Of a stretch of DNA of 64,000 nt, positions 53,957 through 64,000 are shown piece by piece. This DNA is from Malacoraja senta (Eukaryota): NCBI GenBank assembly GCA_038087875.1, contig CM075994.1:9612001-9676000 (forward strand), read 5' to 3'. Under the pieces are notes generated by a model. That model was not told the DNA's origin. It did no database searches and saw only the letters and a list, made by a program, of their open reading frames with translations. Within the stretch, counting starts at the first letter, position 1, and the number at the start of each line of letters is the position of its first letter. A program made the position numbers and the translations under genes.

Positions 53957-54111
53957 CTTCTTCTTATCGAGTCCACACACAAGATCAGAAGTTGTTCGGC
54001 CAGACCTGAACACACTTCACGGCATTTGCATACAATGGTGTCTGTCTTGCGCTTCTGGTGAAAAGATAGGTGGAAACAGGGCCGCGACGTGAATGCTCTT
54101 TCCTTGACCCC
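53957..54111 (-). mobile_element. Second family of ribozyme-headed short retroelement, (GAA)3 tail
   Basis: Imperfect TSD ATTAAATCAGAT (53945-53956) / TTTAAAACAGAT (54112-54123); body unrelated to family A. Confidence 0.7.
54060..54111 (-). ncRNA. Minimal HDV/CPEB3-like ribozyme (family B, possibly decayed)
   Basis: P1 GGGGTC/GGCCCT, P2 GGAAAGA/TCTTTTC, P3 GCA/CGC (one mismatch), L3 TTCACGT, then GT-TTCC-A-CCTA. Confidence 0.65.
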
Positions 54112-56459
54112 TTTAAAACAGATAAAGAGAATGTGATGAAAAATTGGAGTGAAACCGTTTATCCATTTTCCTTTTGAAAGTCATACTTTGTTGAGTGTAG
54201 AGCTAAGGAACTGAAGATGCTGCTTTACCAAAATAAAAGACAAAATGCTGGAGTAACTCGGTCACCCCACTCTGGGTAAGAGACTGAGCATGTCCCCGAT
54301 CTATGCCTCTCATGATCGTATGCACCTCCATAAGATCACCAGTGCTCCAAGGAATAAAGTCCTAGCCTGCCCAGCTCCTCCCAATAGCTCAGGCACTCAA
54401 GTCCTGGCAACAACCAAGCAAATCTTTTCTGCACTCTTTCCCACTTCACAACATCATTCTGATTCCACAAAAGACCCTTCTTCCTGCCCTGAAACGTCAC
54501 CTATCCAGAGATGCTGCCTGACCCGCTGAGTTACTCCAGCACTTAGTGCCCTATTATGTATTAACCAGCATCTGCAATTATTTGTTTCCCATGTACCAAT
54601 AGACAATAGAAAATAGGTGTAAGAGATTGGAGGAACAGCACCTCATATTTCGTTTGGGCAGCTTATACACCCCAGCGGTATGAACATTGACTTCTCTAAC
54701 TTCAAATAGCCCTTGTTTTCCCTCTCTCTACATCCCCCCCCCCCCCTTCCCAGTTCTCCCACCAGTCTTACTATCTCCGACTACATTCAATCTCTGTCCC
54801 CTGACATCAGTCTGAAAAAGGGTCTCGACCCGAAACATCGCCCATTCCTTCTCTCCAGAGATGCCGCCAGTCCCGCTGAGTTACTCCGGCATTTTGTGTC
54901 TACATTTTCTCGCGTCTTCCCTTCTCCATTGTTTGCAGTGGAGGAGGTTGTCATGGTCACCGCACGTATCGAGACCATGCTGGGAGGTACCACATATAGC
55001 TTTCATCATATGACAGTCCCGCCATCCCGGGAATTAACCTGGTGAACCTACGCTGCACTCCCTCAATAGTAAAAATGTCCTTCCTCAAATTTGGAGACCA
55101 AAACTGCACACAATACTCCAGGTGTGGTCTCGCTAGGGCCCTGTACAACTGCAGAAGGGCCTCTTTGCTCAGCTCCTCTTGTTATGGAGGCCAACATGCC
55201 TATAGCTTTCTTCACTGCCTGCTGTACCTGCATGCTTACTTTCAAAGATGTTGCCAGGACGAGAGGGTGTGAGCTACAGGGAGAGGTTGGCAGGCTGGGA
55301 CACTATTCCTTGGAGCTCAGGAGGATGAGGGGTGATCTTATAGAGGTGTGGCAGGCAGTGGCAAATGGAGTGCCGCAAGGCTCGGTGTTGGGGCTGCAAC
55401 TGTTTACCATATAGATTAATGATTTGGAAGAGGGAATTAGGAGCAACACTAGCAAGTTTGCGGATGACACAAAGCTGGGTGGCAGTGTGAACTGTGAAGA
55501 GGATGTTAGGAGGTTGCAGGGTGACCTGGACAGGTTGAGTGAGTGGGCAGATGCAGTATAATATAGATAAATGTGAGGTTATCCACTTTGGTGGCAAAAA
55601 CAAGGGGGCAGATTATTATCTCAATGGGGTTAGGTTAGGTAAGGGGGAGGTACAGCGAGACCTGGCGTCCTTGTACACCGGTCACTGAAAGTTGGCGTGC
55701 AGGTACAGCAGGCAGTGAAGAAAGCTAATGGAATGTTGGCCTTCATAACAAGAGGATTTCAGTATCGGAGTAGAGAGGTTCTTCTGCAGTTGTATAGGGC
55801 TCTGGTAAGACCACATCTGGAGTATTGTGTACAGTTTTGGTCTCCTAATTTGAGGAAGGATATCCTTGTGATTGAGGCAGTGCAGCGTAGGTTCACGAGA
55901 TTGATCCCTGGGGATGGCGGGAATGTCATATGAGGAAAGATTGAAAAGACTAGGCTTGTATTCACTGGAGTTTAGAAGGATGAGGGGGGGTCTTGTAGAG
56001 ACATATAAAATTATAAAAGGACTGGACAAGCTAGATGCGGGAAAAATGTTCCCAATGTTGGGCGAGTCCAGAACCAGGGGCCACAGTCTTAGAATAAAGG
56101 GGAGGCCATTTAAGACTGAGGTGAGAAAAAACGTTTTCACCCAGAGAGTTGTGAATTTGTGGAATTCCCTGCCACAGAGGGCAGTGGAGGCCAAATCACT
56201 GGATGGATTTAAGAGAGAGTTAGATAGAGCTCTAAGGGTTAGTGGAATCAAGGGATATGGGGAGAAGGCAGGCACGGGTTATTGATTGGGGACGATCAGC
56301 CATGATCACAATGAATGGCTGGCTCGAAGGACCGAATGGCCTCCTCCTGCACCTATTTTCTACGTTGCTATGTTTCTCGCCACATTTGACAGTGAAGGGG
56401 TTAATGTTGACGTTGGGTTTGTGTTTTTGACCGTGACAGGGGGGTGGTGGGCCGCTGCC

Positions 56460-56733
56460 ATGGCCTCGCGGCAGCAGAGGAAAGTGCTGCGCTACGCGGC
56501 GGAGGGCGACGCCAGCAAGCTGCGGGCCTACCTGCACCGCCACCCGCAGCTGGGGGTGTCCTTCAGCGGCCGCAAGGGCCGCAGCCCGCTGCACGCGGCC
56601 TGCCGGCGGAGTGTCGGGGCCGCCGCCGCCAGGCTGCTGCTGCGGCGCGGAGCCGACCCCACGAGCCGGGACGCCAAGGGGAACACTCCGCTGCATCTGG
56701 CCGCCCGCGTGGCCCTCAGGAGGGGAGAGCAAG
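56460..56733 (+). CDS. NFKBIL1: NF-kappa-B inhibitor-like 1, first coding exon (ankyrin repeats)
   Basis: Acceptor AG at 56438-56439, Kozak GCCGCTGCCATGG. MASRQQRKVLRY...SPLHAAC...LLLRRGADP...GNTPLHLAAR resembles the NFKBIL1 N-terminal ankyrin region. Donor G|GTAAG, phase 1. Confidence 0.85.
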
Positions 56734-57936
56734 GTAAGCTGGAGCTGGGAGTCACGCTGATGGTGATGGAGGGGGTGGATGATGTGCAGATGGTCGACAC
56801 AAAAAAGCTGCAGTAACTCAGCAGGACAGCACCTGCTGAGTTGCATTTCAGTCCGAAGAAGGGATGTCAGACTGATGTCAGGGCAGGGCCGGATTTACGT
56901 ACAAGCCAGACAAGCTTAAGCTTAGGCCCTCGAGATCTAGGGGGGGGCTACTCACCCCGCTGCCTCACCGACCATCCGCCCACCGGGACCTCCTACTCTT
57001 TGCCCGCTGACCCTGGCCACTCCACCGCCCTCCATCAGCCCGCAGCCGTCGCCTTACCTGCAGCCTGGACTCAGCACCGGGCCTGAAGTTTCCACACTGC
57101 AGATTCCCACTCCCCTGGGTTTGACTGCGCTGGGTCCTAGTGCTATGCCCGCCTAACCCTGGTAATCTCAGTGGCTGTTCCACTGGGTCTTCCCCATTCC
57201 CCTCAAACCATGTGACCCCAGCTCTTCCCCACCCACACTACAGTCCTCATACCCCCCTCCCCCCTGACCACCCACCACCCCTCCACCAGACATCGCCTCG
57301 GCCTCAGTCCACTCACCTGCCTTCCTCCGGCCCCAACCCCCATCCCTGCCACAGGCCCAACACTCCAGAGCTTCAAACGGCGATCCAGGTAAGGAGAACT
57401 GGGAAGGGGAAGGGGATGGAGAGAGAGAGAAAGCAAGGGCTATCTGAAGTTAGAGACGTCAATGTTCACACTGCTGGGGTGTAAACTACCCAAGCGAAAT
57501 AAGAAGTCTCGTCCCGAAATGTCACCTATTCCTTCGCTTCATAGATGCTGCCTCACCCGCTGAGTTTCTCCAGCATTTTTGTCCACCTTCTTATATTTCG
57601 CTTGGGCAGCAGTATCAACATTGACTTCGTGGCGCAGCGGTAGGGTTGCTGCCTTGCAGCGAATGCAGCGCCGGAGACCCGGGTTCCATCCCGACTACGG
57701 GTGCTGTTTGTGCGGAGTTTGCACGTTCTCCCTGTAACATGCGTGGGTTTTCTCAGAGATCCTCGGTTTCCTCCCACACTCCAAAGACGTGCAGGTTTGT
57801 AGGTTAATTGGATTGGTAAATGTAAAAATTGTCCCTGGTGGGTGTAGGATGATGTTACTGTGTGGGGATCGCTGGTCAGCGCAGTCCCGGTGGGCCGAAG
57901 GGCCTGTTTCCGTGCTGTATCTTTAAACTAAACTAA

Positions 57937-58800
57937 GACCAAGCGTAGGCTTGGCCATCACTTCGCCCAACACCTCCGCTCAGTTCGCAATAACCAACCT
58001 GATCTCCCGGTGGCTCAGCACTTCAACTCCCCCTCCCATTCCGAATCCGACCTTTCTGTCCTGGGCCTCCTGCATGGCCAGAGTGAGTCCCACCGTAAAT
58101 TGGAGGAGCAGCACCTCATCTTTCGCTTGGGTAGTTTACACCCCAGCAGTATGAACATTGACTTCTCCAATTTTAGGTAGTCCTTACTTTCCCCTCCCCT
58201 TCTCAGCTCTCCCTCAGCCCACTGGCTCCACCTCTTCCTGTCTTCTTCCCGCCTCCCCCCACCCTCACATCAGTCTGAAGCAAAGATCCTATAACGAGCA
58301 AGATGGTCCACTCGACGAAAAAGACGTAGTACGGTCATGGGCAGATTCATGGGTAATTTTTTATGGCCCCATTTCCGTAACTGGCTTCTGTCTCCGCACC
58401 AAAGATCCCATAGCGGAACAAAGATACTAGTGCGGAGACGGAAGCCGGTTATGGAAACATCCTCGTAAAAATAAAAGTAATTTGGTAAAAATCTTCTCAT
58501 TTTCAGAATTACAATTTATTAACACAAACTGTTCCCCCACAACGTTGATTACACTGCGAGTCGGGTCGGGTTACTGAAATGGATGAAAAAAAGGCCCACG
58601 TTCCGCTCCGTTGCGTACTACACGTCACCCCATTGCATTTAGAAGGAGTGGTCTATCTTGCTCCGCTTCAGGATATTTGGTCTGAAGAAGGGTCTCGGCC
58701 CGAAAAGTTGCCTATTTCCTTCGCTCCATAGATGCTGCCTCACCCGCTGAGTTTCTCCAGCATTTTTGTCTACCTTCCAGCATCTGCAGTTCCTTCTTAA
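57937..58800 (+). mobile_element. Penelope-like element 3' fragment (GIY-YIG C-terminus plus pLTR with hammerhead-like motif), split by a hAT MITE
   Basis: Translates TKRRLG..F..HLRSV...DLPVAQHFN...RKLEEQHLIFRLGSLHP..MN. Related pieces at 40965-41272 -, 45305-45730 -, 36415-36715 +, 54625-54905 +. Confidence 0.8.
58281..58679. mobile_element. hAT-like MITE
   Basis: 8-bp TSD GTCTGAAG (58273-58280 and 58680-58687); TIR CAAAGATCCT / AGGATATTTG with extended subterminal complementarity. Confidence 0.8.
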
Positions 58801-59792
58801 ACATTTTGTCTGCTCCACTGCGAAATCTCCTCAAGGTATGCCTACTTTGAAGAAGTTATCTAACTTCAAGTATCCCTTACTTTCCCTCTCTCTCCACCCC
58901 TCCCCCTTCCCAGTTCTCCCACCAGTCTGACTGTCCCCTAATTACGTTTTATCCCTGTTTTATTTGTTGTCACCTCCTCGCTAACAATGATCTATTCTAC
59001 ATGCTCCTTGGTCGCATCTCATTTAATGTCCTGTTTTCACACCTCACACTTTCTTATCTCTGTCTCCCTCTGCCCTGACTCTCAACAGACAATAGGTGCA
59101 GGAGTAGGCCATTCGGCCCTTCGAGCAATGTGATCATGGCTGATCATCCACAATCAGTACCCCGTTCCTGCCTTCTCCCCATATCCCTCTGACTCCGCTA
59201 TCTTTGAGAGCCCTATCTAGCTCTCTCTTGAAAGTATCCAGAGAACCCGCCTCCACCGCCCTCTGAGGCAGAGAATTCCACAGACTCGCAATTCTCTGTG
59301 AGAAAAAGTGTTTCCTCGTTTCCGTTCTAAATGGCTTACCCCTTATTCTTAAACTGTGTGGCCCCTGATTCTGGACTCCCCCAACATCGGGAACATGTTT
59401 CCTGCCCATAGCTTGTCCAAACCCTGAAGAAGGGTTTTGGCCCGAAATGTTGCCTATTTCCTTCGCTCCATAGATGCTGCTGCACCCGCTGAGTTTCTCC
59501 AGCACTTTTGTCTACCTTAATAATCTTATATGTTTCAATAAGATTCCCTCCCATCCTTCCAAACTCCAGAGCATACAAGCCCAGCCGCTCCATTCTCTCA
59601 GCATCTGACAGTCTGAAGAAGGGGGTGTGGGATGGTGTTAGTGTGCGGGGATCGGCTGGTCGTCGCCGACCTGGTGGTTTCCGTGCTGTATCTCGAAACT
59701 AAACACACGCACCGATCAGGAATCTATCACTCTGAGATCGATTCGGGGAGCAGCTCCGTTGGCTAAGGTGACATGGTCTTGTTCCTTCCCAG

Positions 59793-59905
59793 CTGACGTG
59801 GACCTGGTGGTGCCTTTGGTGAAGTGTTGCCCGGTTGCCATGGACCTGCTGAATGACGATGGGGTCACTCCAAGGGAAATACTCAGGTCAAGGTCGAGGC
59901 ATCAG
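59793..59905 (+). CDS. NFKBIL1: NFKBIL1 coding exon 2 (DVDLVVPLVKCCPVAMDLLNDDGVTPREIL...)
   Basis: TTCCTTCCCAG acceptor, CAG|GTGAG donor, phase 1 to 0. Similar to the human segment D..LPLL..CP.AM...N.DG.TP..IL. Confidence 0.85.
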
Positions 59906-60176
59906 GTGAGCATGGCCCTTGGAGGTAGGATTGCCAACTTTCTCAATCCCAAACAGGGGATAAAAGGTGGCGGCGTGGGTATGGTGCAGTTATGTGTACA
60001 GTTTTGCTCCCCTAATTTGGGGGAGGACATTCTTGCTATTGAGGGAGTGCAGCATGGGTTTACAAGGTTAATTCCAGGGATGGCGGGACTGTCATATGTT
60101 GAGAGAATGGAGCGGCTGGGCTTGTATACTCTAGAGTTTAGAAGGATGAGAGGATATCTTATTGAAACATATAAGA

Positions 60177-62994
60177 TTTTACTTCGGAGTCACGTGAGTG
60201 ACGTGAAGAACCCGTCCAGACCGCACACGCGTCATATCGTCAGACGCATAGCGTAGTGCCGATGTGTTTGGAGTGAGCAGAGCTCCTCCAAACCGGTAAG
60301 TAAAAAACCTGAAGGTAAGTGTTTACTTACGTTTTCCAGGTCGATTTCTTCAGAAGACTTGTAGTTGGGAAAACACAAGTCAGAATGAAGAAAGGGTTTA
60401 GAGGTGTACCGCAGAGAACTCAAGTAAGACCTCGGGTCTGCGAGTAGCGGGCGCCCTTTTTAAATTTTTTTAAACGGCTAAAGATATTTACCGTTGTAGC
60501 GCCATTAGAGCGCATAAGAAATAGAGGTGGCAGTAGACTGGAAAGTCAGACCGGAGGATCCCCGATTCAGGTAGCTAGTTTGTTAGATTCAGAACCGCGT
60601 TGCGAGGCAGCGCAGGGAATGCCTGGGGAATAAGCATGGATAGAGGAATGGATAATATAATTTGGGGCAATTTTGCCAAGCCATGTATTTGCCAGTTGCA
60701 GTTATTACTGGAATATTATAATGAATCAGGAGTGTCTCAAATGCCTCCAGAGAGATTCTGGTTGAACACCTTCCATTATGCTACACACTAATTGTAGTGC
60801 TCTAAGTTGAGGTCATACTTATAAGTATTTCCAGCTGTGGAGGTACATGGAATGTGGAGAAAGTACCTTTGATCCAATAACAAGGGATCATTAATGAAAG
60901 TTTTAGGAACATTTATGGCCTAAAGCTTATTGCTCTTATATGCAAAGTTTGCATGTTTAGGTTAGATTGACACTACGGACTAGAACCTATGTTAATCATT
61001 CGAGTGGTATGAGTCAGAATCTTGTAATAGACTGGCTAATGTGATCTGGACCTGGTGTTTACCAGAAATATTTGATTGGCAATCTACCTATGAGGTAGAT
61101 TCAATATAGTTGAAGACTCAAGGTCATGTAAATCAATGATAATACAGAATGGATGTTAGATCGTGACAAATTTAATAATATTGTTGCACGATTGATGACT
61201 TGTTTGTATCCAGACTTAACCACCAATGACCTAAATATATGTCATGGAAACCTGATCCTGGGGCAGTAGCGGTGGATGTTTCTCGCTGCATTGGGGTAGA
61301 ATGTTTGTATACATTTTCTACATTTTATCTCATTTAACAGTATATACAGAAGAGCAAACAGGACTCTGCTTCGGGAGTATTGGTGGTACCAGATTGGATC
61401 TACAAAACCATGGTACCCTCAGGTGTTAAAAATGATCACAAAGCCTCTTATGATTTCCCAAACAGAATTAATCTGTTTGTGCACCATATAATTGATGATT
61501 CACATCCTTTACATAATCGTATTGGTTTGTTGATTTGCAGATTCTTAGGAGTGCCATATATCGGAAGAGGACTATCAGATTGTACTGTGGATATTATTGC
61601 AACCTGGATATTACCCAGAAGCAGTACATTTCTTACATAAGGAAATGGGATATATTTTGCTTAAAGCAGAATATTACATATCACACAATAGACATCTCAG
61701 TAGTGTTAGAGTTTCTGTAAACTCTTTATTTTATTAGCAGTTAAGCTATAGTGCTATGAATACTGCAAGGAGTGCCTTTACTGCATATCTATGGAGGAAT
61801 CAGAATAAAATCTTGTAGGGTTACACCCTTTGGTCTGCAGATTTATGAAAGGAATTTTAAATTCTAAGCCTCCTAGACAGGAATATAATAATCTGGAATG
61901 TAAGAGATCTGTTATGTTGTTTTTTCATTAGTGGACTCCTATTACAGTGCTGTCCTTGGCTTGAATTACCATTGAGGTGGTCAAGCTCAGGGCACTGGTT
62001 TTAGCACAGAGAGTGCAAACATTGCAGAAAGTACGAATAGACATGATGGAAAGAGCAACAGATACTATTGTGTTCTATGTCTATGATTTGCTTAAACAGA
62101 GTAGACCTGGAATCACAGGATGTAAGTTGGGGTTTTCAGCATATCCTACGGATCCACATCTATGTGTGGTATCACATTTACAATGTTAGATTGAAGCCAC
62201 CAGAACCTTAAAGAGGTTCAGTATCAGTATTTTATTAGCCATAAATAGCTGCATAAGAAAATGTCGGTTCAGACTATTTAAAAAATGGCTGAAGCAGGTG
62301 TTGCTTGATGCAGGTATTGATACTGACAAACTTAAATCACATTTCACCAGGGGCACCATCAACATTGACGGCCAAGGAATTGGATGTTCTAATAGAACAT
62401 ATCCTCGTGGCTGCAGGCATAAGTGAAAGAATTTCACAAGTATTATCATAAGGAGATTATAATACCTGTGGTTATTTGGTGGTGCTATTTTGGATTTAGT
62501 ATTAAATATTCCTCTTGTGATAAAGGGGTTACTATTATGGTGATAAATTAACCATTAACTGGTTGCACCCATGTTGTGGTTGTGCATTGCTGATTGCTTT
62601 ACTTATTTAGAATCAATCAATGCAGTGAGACGCCTGGATTTGAATCTACGGCGTGAAATCACAGAGCTTTGAAATCTTCACGTGATTCCGAAGTAAAATA
62701 GTAAGATTAAACGAAAACGTACCAGTTTGAAGTTTGATCTTTATTTTATGAGGAGTTACGATGAGGGACTACGTGCCCTCCGCTCCCACCCTCATAAAGA
62801 TCAAGCTGGTAGTTCTAGTCTTTACGTATCTTACTATCATACTTCAGTAATTGTTGTCTGTGATTTCACTCCGCTGCTTTGATGATTGACGCGTGTGCGG
62901 TCTGGACGGGTTCTTCACGTAGTCCCTCATCGTAACTCCTCATAAAATAAAGATCAAACTTCAAACTGGTAAGTTCTCGTTTAATCTTACTATT
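60177..62994 (+). mobile_element. DIRS1-like tyrosine-recombinase retrotransposon, degenerate and apparently internally deleted
   Basis: ITRs at 60201-60234 and 62887-62920. ICR at 62679-62775 is complementary to both termini. Remnants of the methyltransferase-like domain (SRLNHQ..YMSWKPDPGA) and YR (AQRVQTL, LLKQSRPG, LCVV, SHFTR). Splits a CR1 copy without a long TSD. Confidence 0.9.
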
Positions 62995-63206
62995 ATTAAG
63001 GGTTTAGACACGCTCGAGGCAGGAAACATGTTCCCGATGTTGGGGGAGTCCAGAACCAGGGGCCACACAGTTTAAGAATAAGGGGTAAGCCATTTAGAAA
63101 TGAGACGAGGAAACACTTTTTCACACAGAGAGTTGTGAGTCTGTGGAATTCTCTGCCTCAGAGGGTGGTGGAGGCCAATTCTCTGGATACTTTCAAGAGA
63201 GAGTTA

Positions 63207-63260
63207 GGGGTGGGAGATTGCAACTTTCACGTGGTCCGCCCTGTTTCGACGAATGCAATC
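63207..63260 (+). ncRNA. Minimal HDV/CPEB3-like ribozyme (family A, copy 2)
   Basis: GGGGTGG GA GATTGCA ACT TTCACGT GGT CCGCCCT GT TTCG A CGAA TGCAATC; P3 keeps pairing through a U-G wobble. Confidence 0.8.
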
Positions 63261-63344
63261 AACCTGGCGTGCACAATCAAGTAAGATCAAATAGAACAAG
63301 TTGTCCTACAACTTTAGGCTGTGCACGCCATACGCAAGAAGAAG
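63207..63344 (+). mobile_element. Short non-autonomous retroelement headed by an HDV-like ribozyme, (GAA)n tail
   Basis: Imperfect TSD AAGAGAGAGTTA / AAGAGAGAGCTT; inserted in CR1; homologous to 27660-27791. Confidence 0.8.
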
Positions 63345-63638
63345 AAGAGAGAGCTTGATAGGGCTCTTAAAGGTAGCCGAGTCAGGGGATATGGGGAGAA
63401 GGCAGGAACGGGGTACTGATTGGGGATGATCAGCCACGATCACATTGAATGGCGGTGCTGGCTCGAAGGGCCAAATGGCCTACTCCTGCACCTATTGTCT
63501 ATTGTCTAAAACGCTGGAGTAACTCAGCGGGACAGACGGCACCTCTGGGGAGAAGGAATGGGTGACGTCTCGGGTCGAGGCCCTTCTTGAGATTGTACAG
63601 CTATAGAAACCCAGACTTCTCTCCTTCAACCCTCTCAG

Positions 63639-63765
63639 CAGGACGCAGGGACGGCGGGCGAGCCTTCGACTGAAGCAGGGACGAAGCGCACCGATGGGGA
63701 GTGGTACAGCAAGCTGTTCGGCGAATGCGAGGACGAATTCTACCAGTCGTGCGGTCGTTACGAAG
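63639..63765 (+). CDS. NFKBIL1: NFKBIL1 coding exon 3 (...GEWYSKLFGECEDEFYQSCGRYE); gene continues beyond the window
   Basis: CTCTCAG acceptor (NAGNAG, alternative start 63642), G|GTGAG donor, phase 0 to 1. Similar to human EWRQKLQGELEDEWQEVMGRFE. Confidence 0.85.
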
Positions 63766-64000
63766 GTGAGAAACTTCGAGACTAAGATATCTCCGTGACT
63801 GAGGTGACGAGTATTTTGACATTCTGCTTCCTCTTCAACGATAGTGAGATGTCGCCCGGGCAACCGGGAGAGTTCTTAATGCAACCGATTTAGAAACGTA
63901 GAAAATAGGTGCAGGAGCAGGCCATTCGGCCCTCCGAGCAGTGTTGATCTTGCTCAAGTGTAATATTTTCCATATCCCACATTGACAGTCATCTGCATGA

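Noticed and set aside
56460..56733. GPANK1 as the identity of the ankyrin gene
   Set aside because: Downstream exons (CP.AM...N.DG.TP and EW..KL.GE.EDE) match NFKBIL1; no G-patch seen.

Overview
Repeat-dense vertebrate genomic DNA. The repeats (esterase-ORF1 CR1 LINEs, V-SINEs, Penelope fragments) suggest a cartilaginous fish, probably a skate or ray (inference). There are two host genes, both MHC class III genes in mammals, arranged head-to-head. CSNK2B lies on the minus strand with six coding exons (32789 to 1462) and two 1-bp homopolymer indels that are probably assembly errors. NFKBIL1 lies on the plus strand with three coding exons from 56460 and is incomplete at the window end. Between them are promoter-like islands at ~47.7 kb and ~49.8-50.2 kb, the second followed by ~25 tandem RFX X-box-like units. 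The rest is mostly transposons: CR1, L1/Tx1, L2, Vingi/RTEX-like fragments, Penelope pieces with hammerhead-like motifs, a DIRS1 element with intact ITR/ICR ends, Harbinger and hAT MITEs, and a solo LTR. The most striking finding is three 130-155 bp retroposed elements from two sequence families. Each has a target-site duplication and a (GAA)n tail, and each starts exactly at G1 of a minimal HDV/CPEB3-like ribozyme fold whose stems covary between the families.
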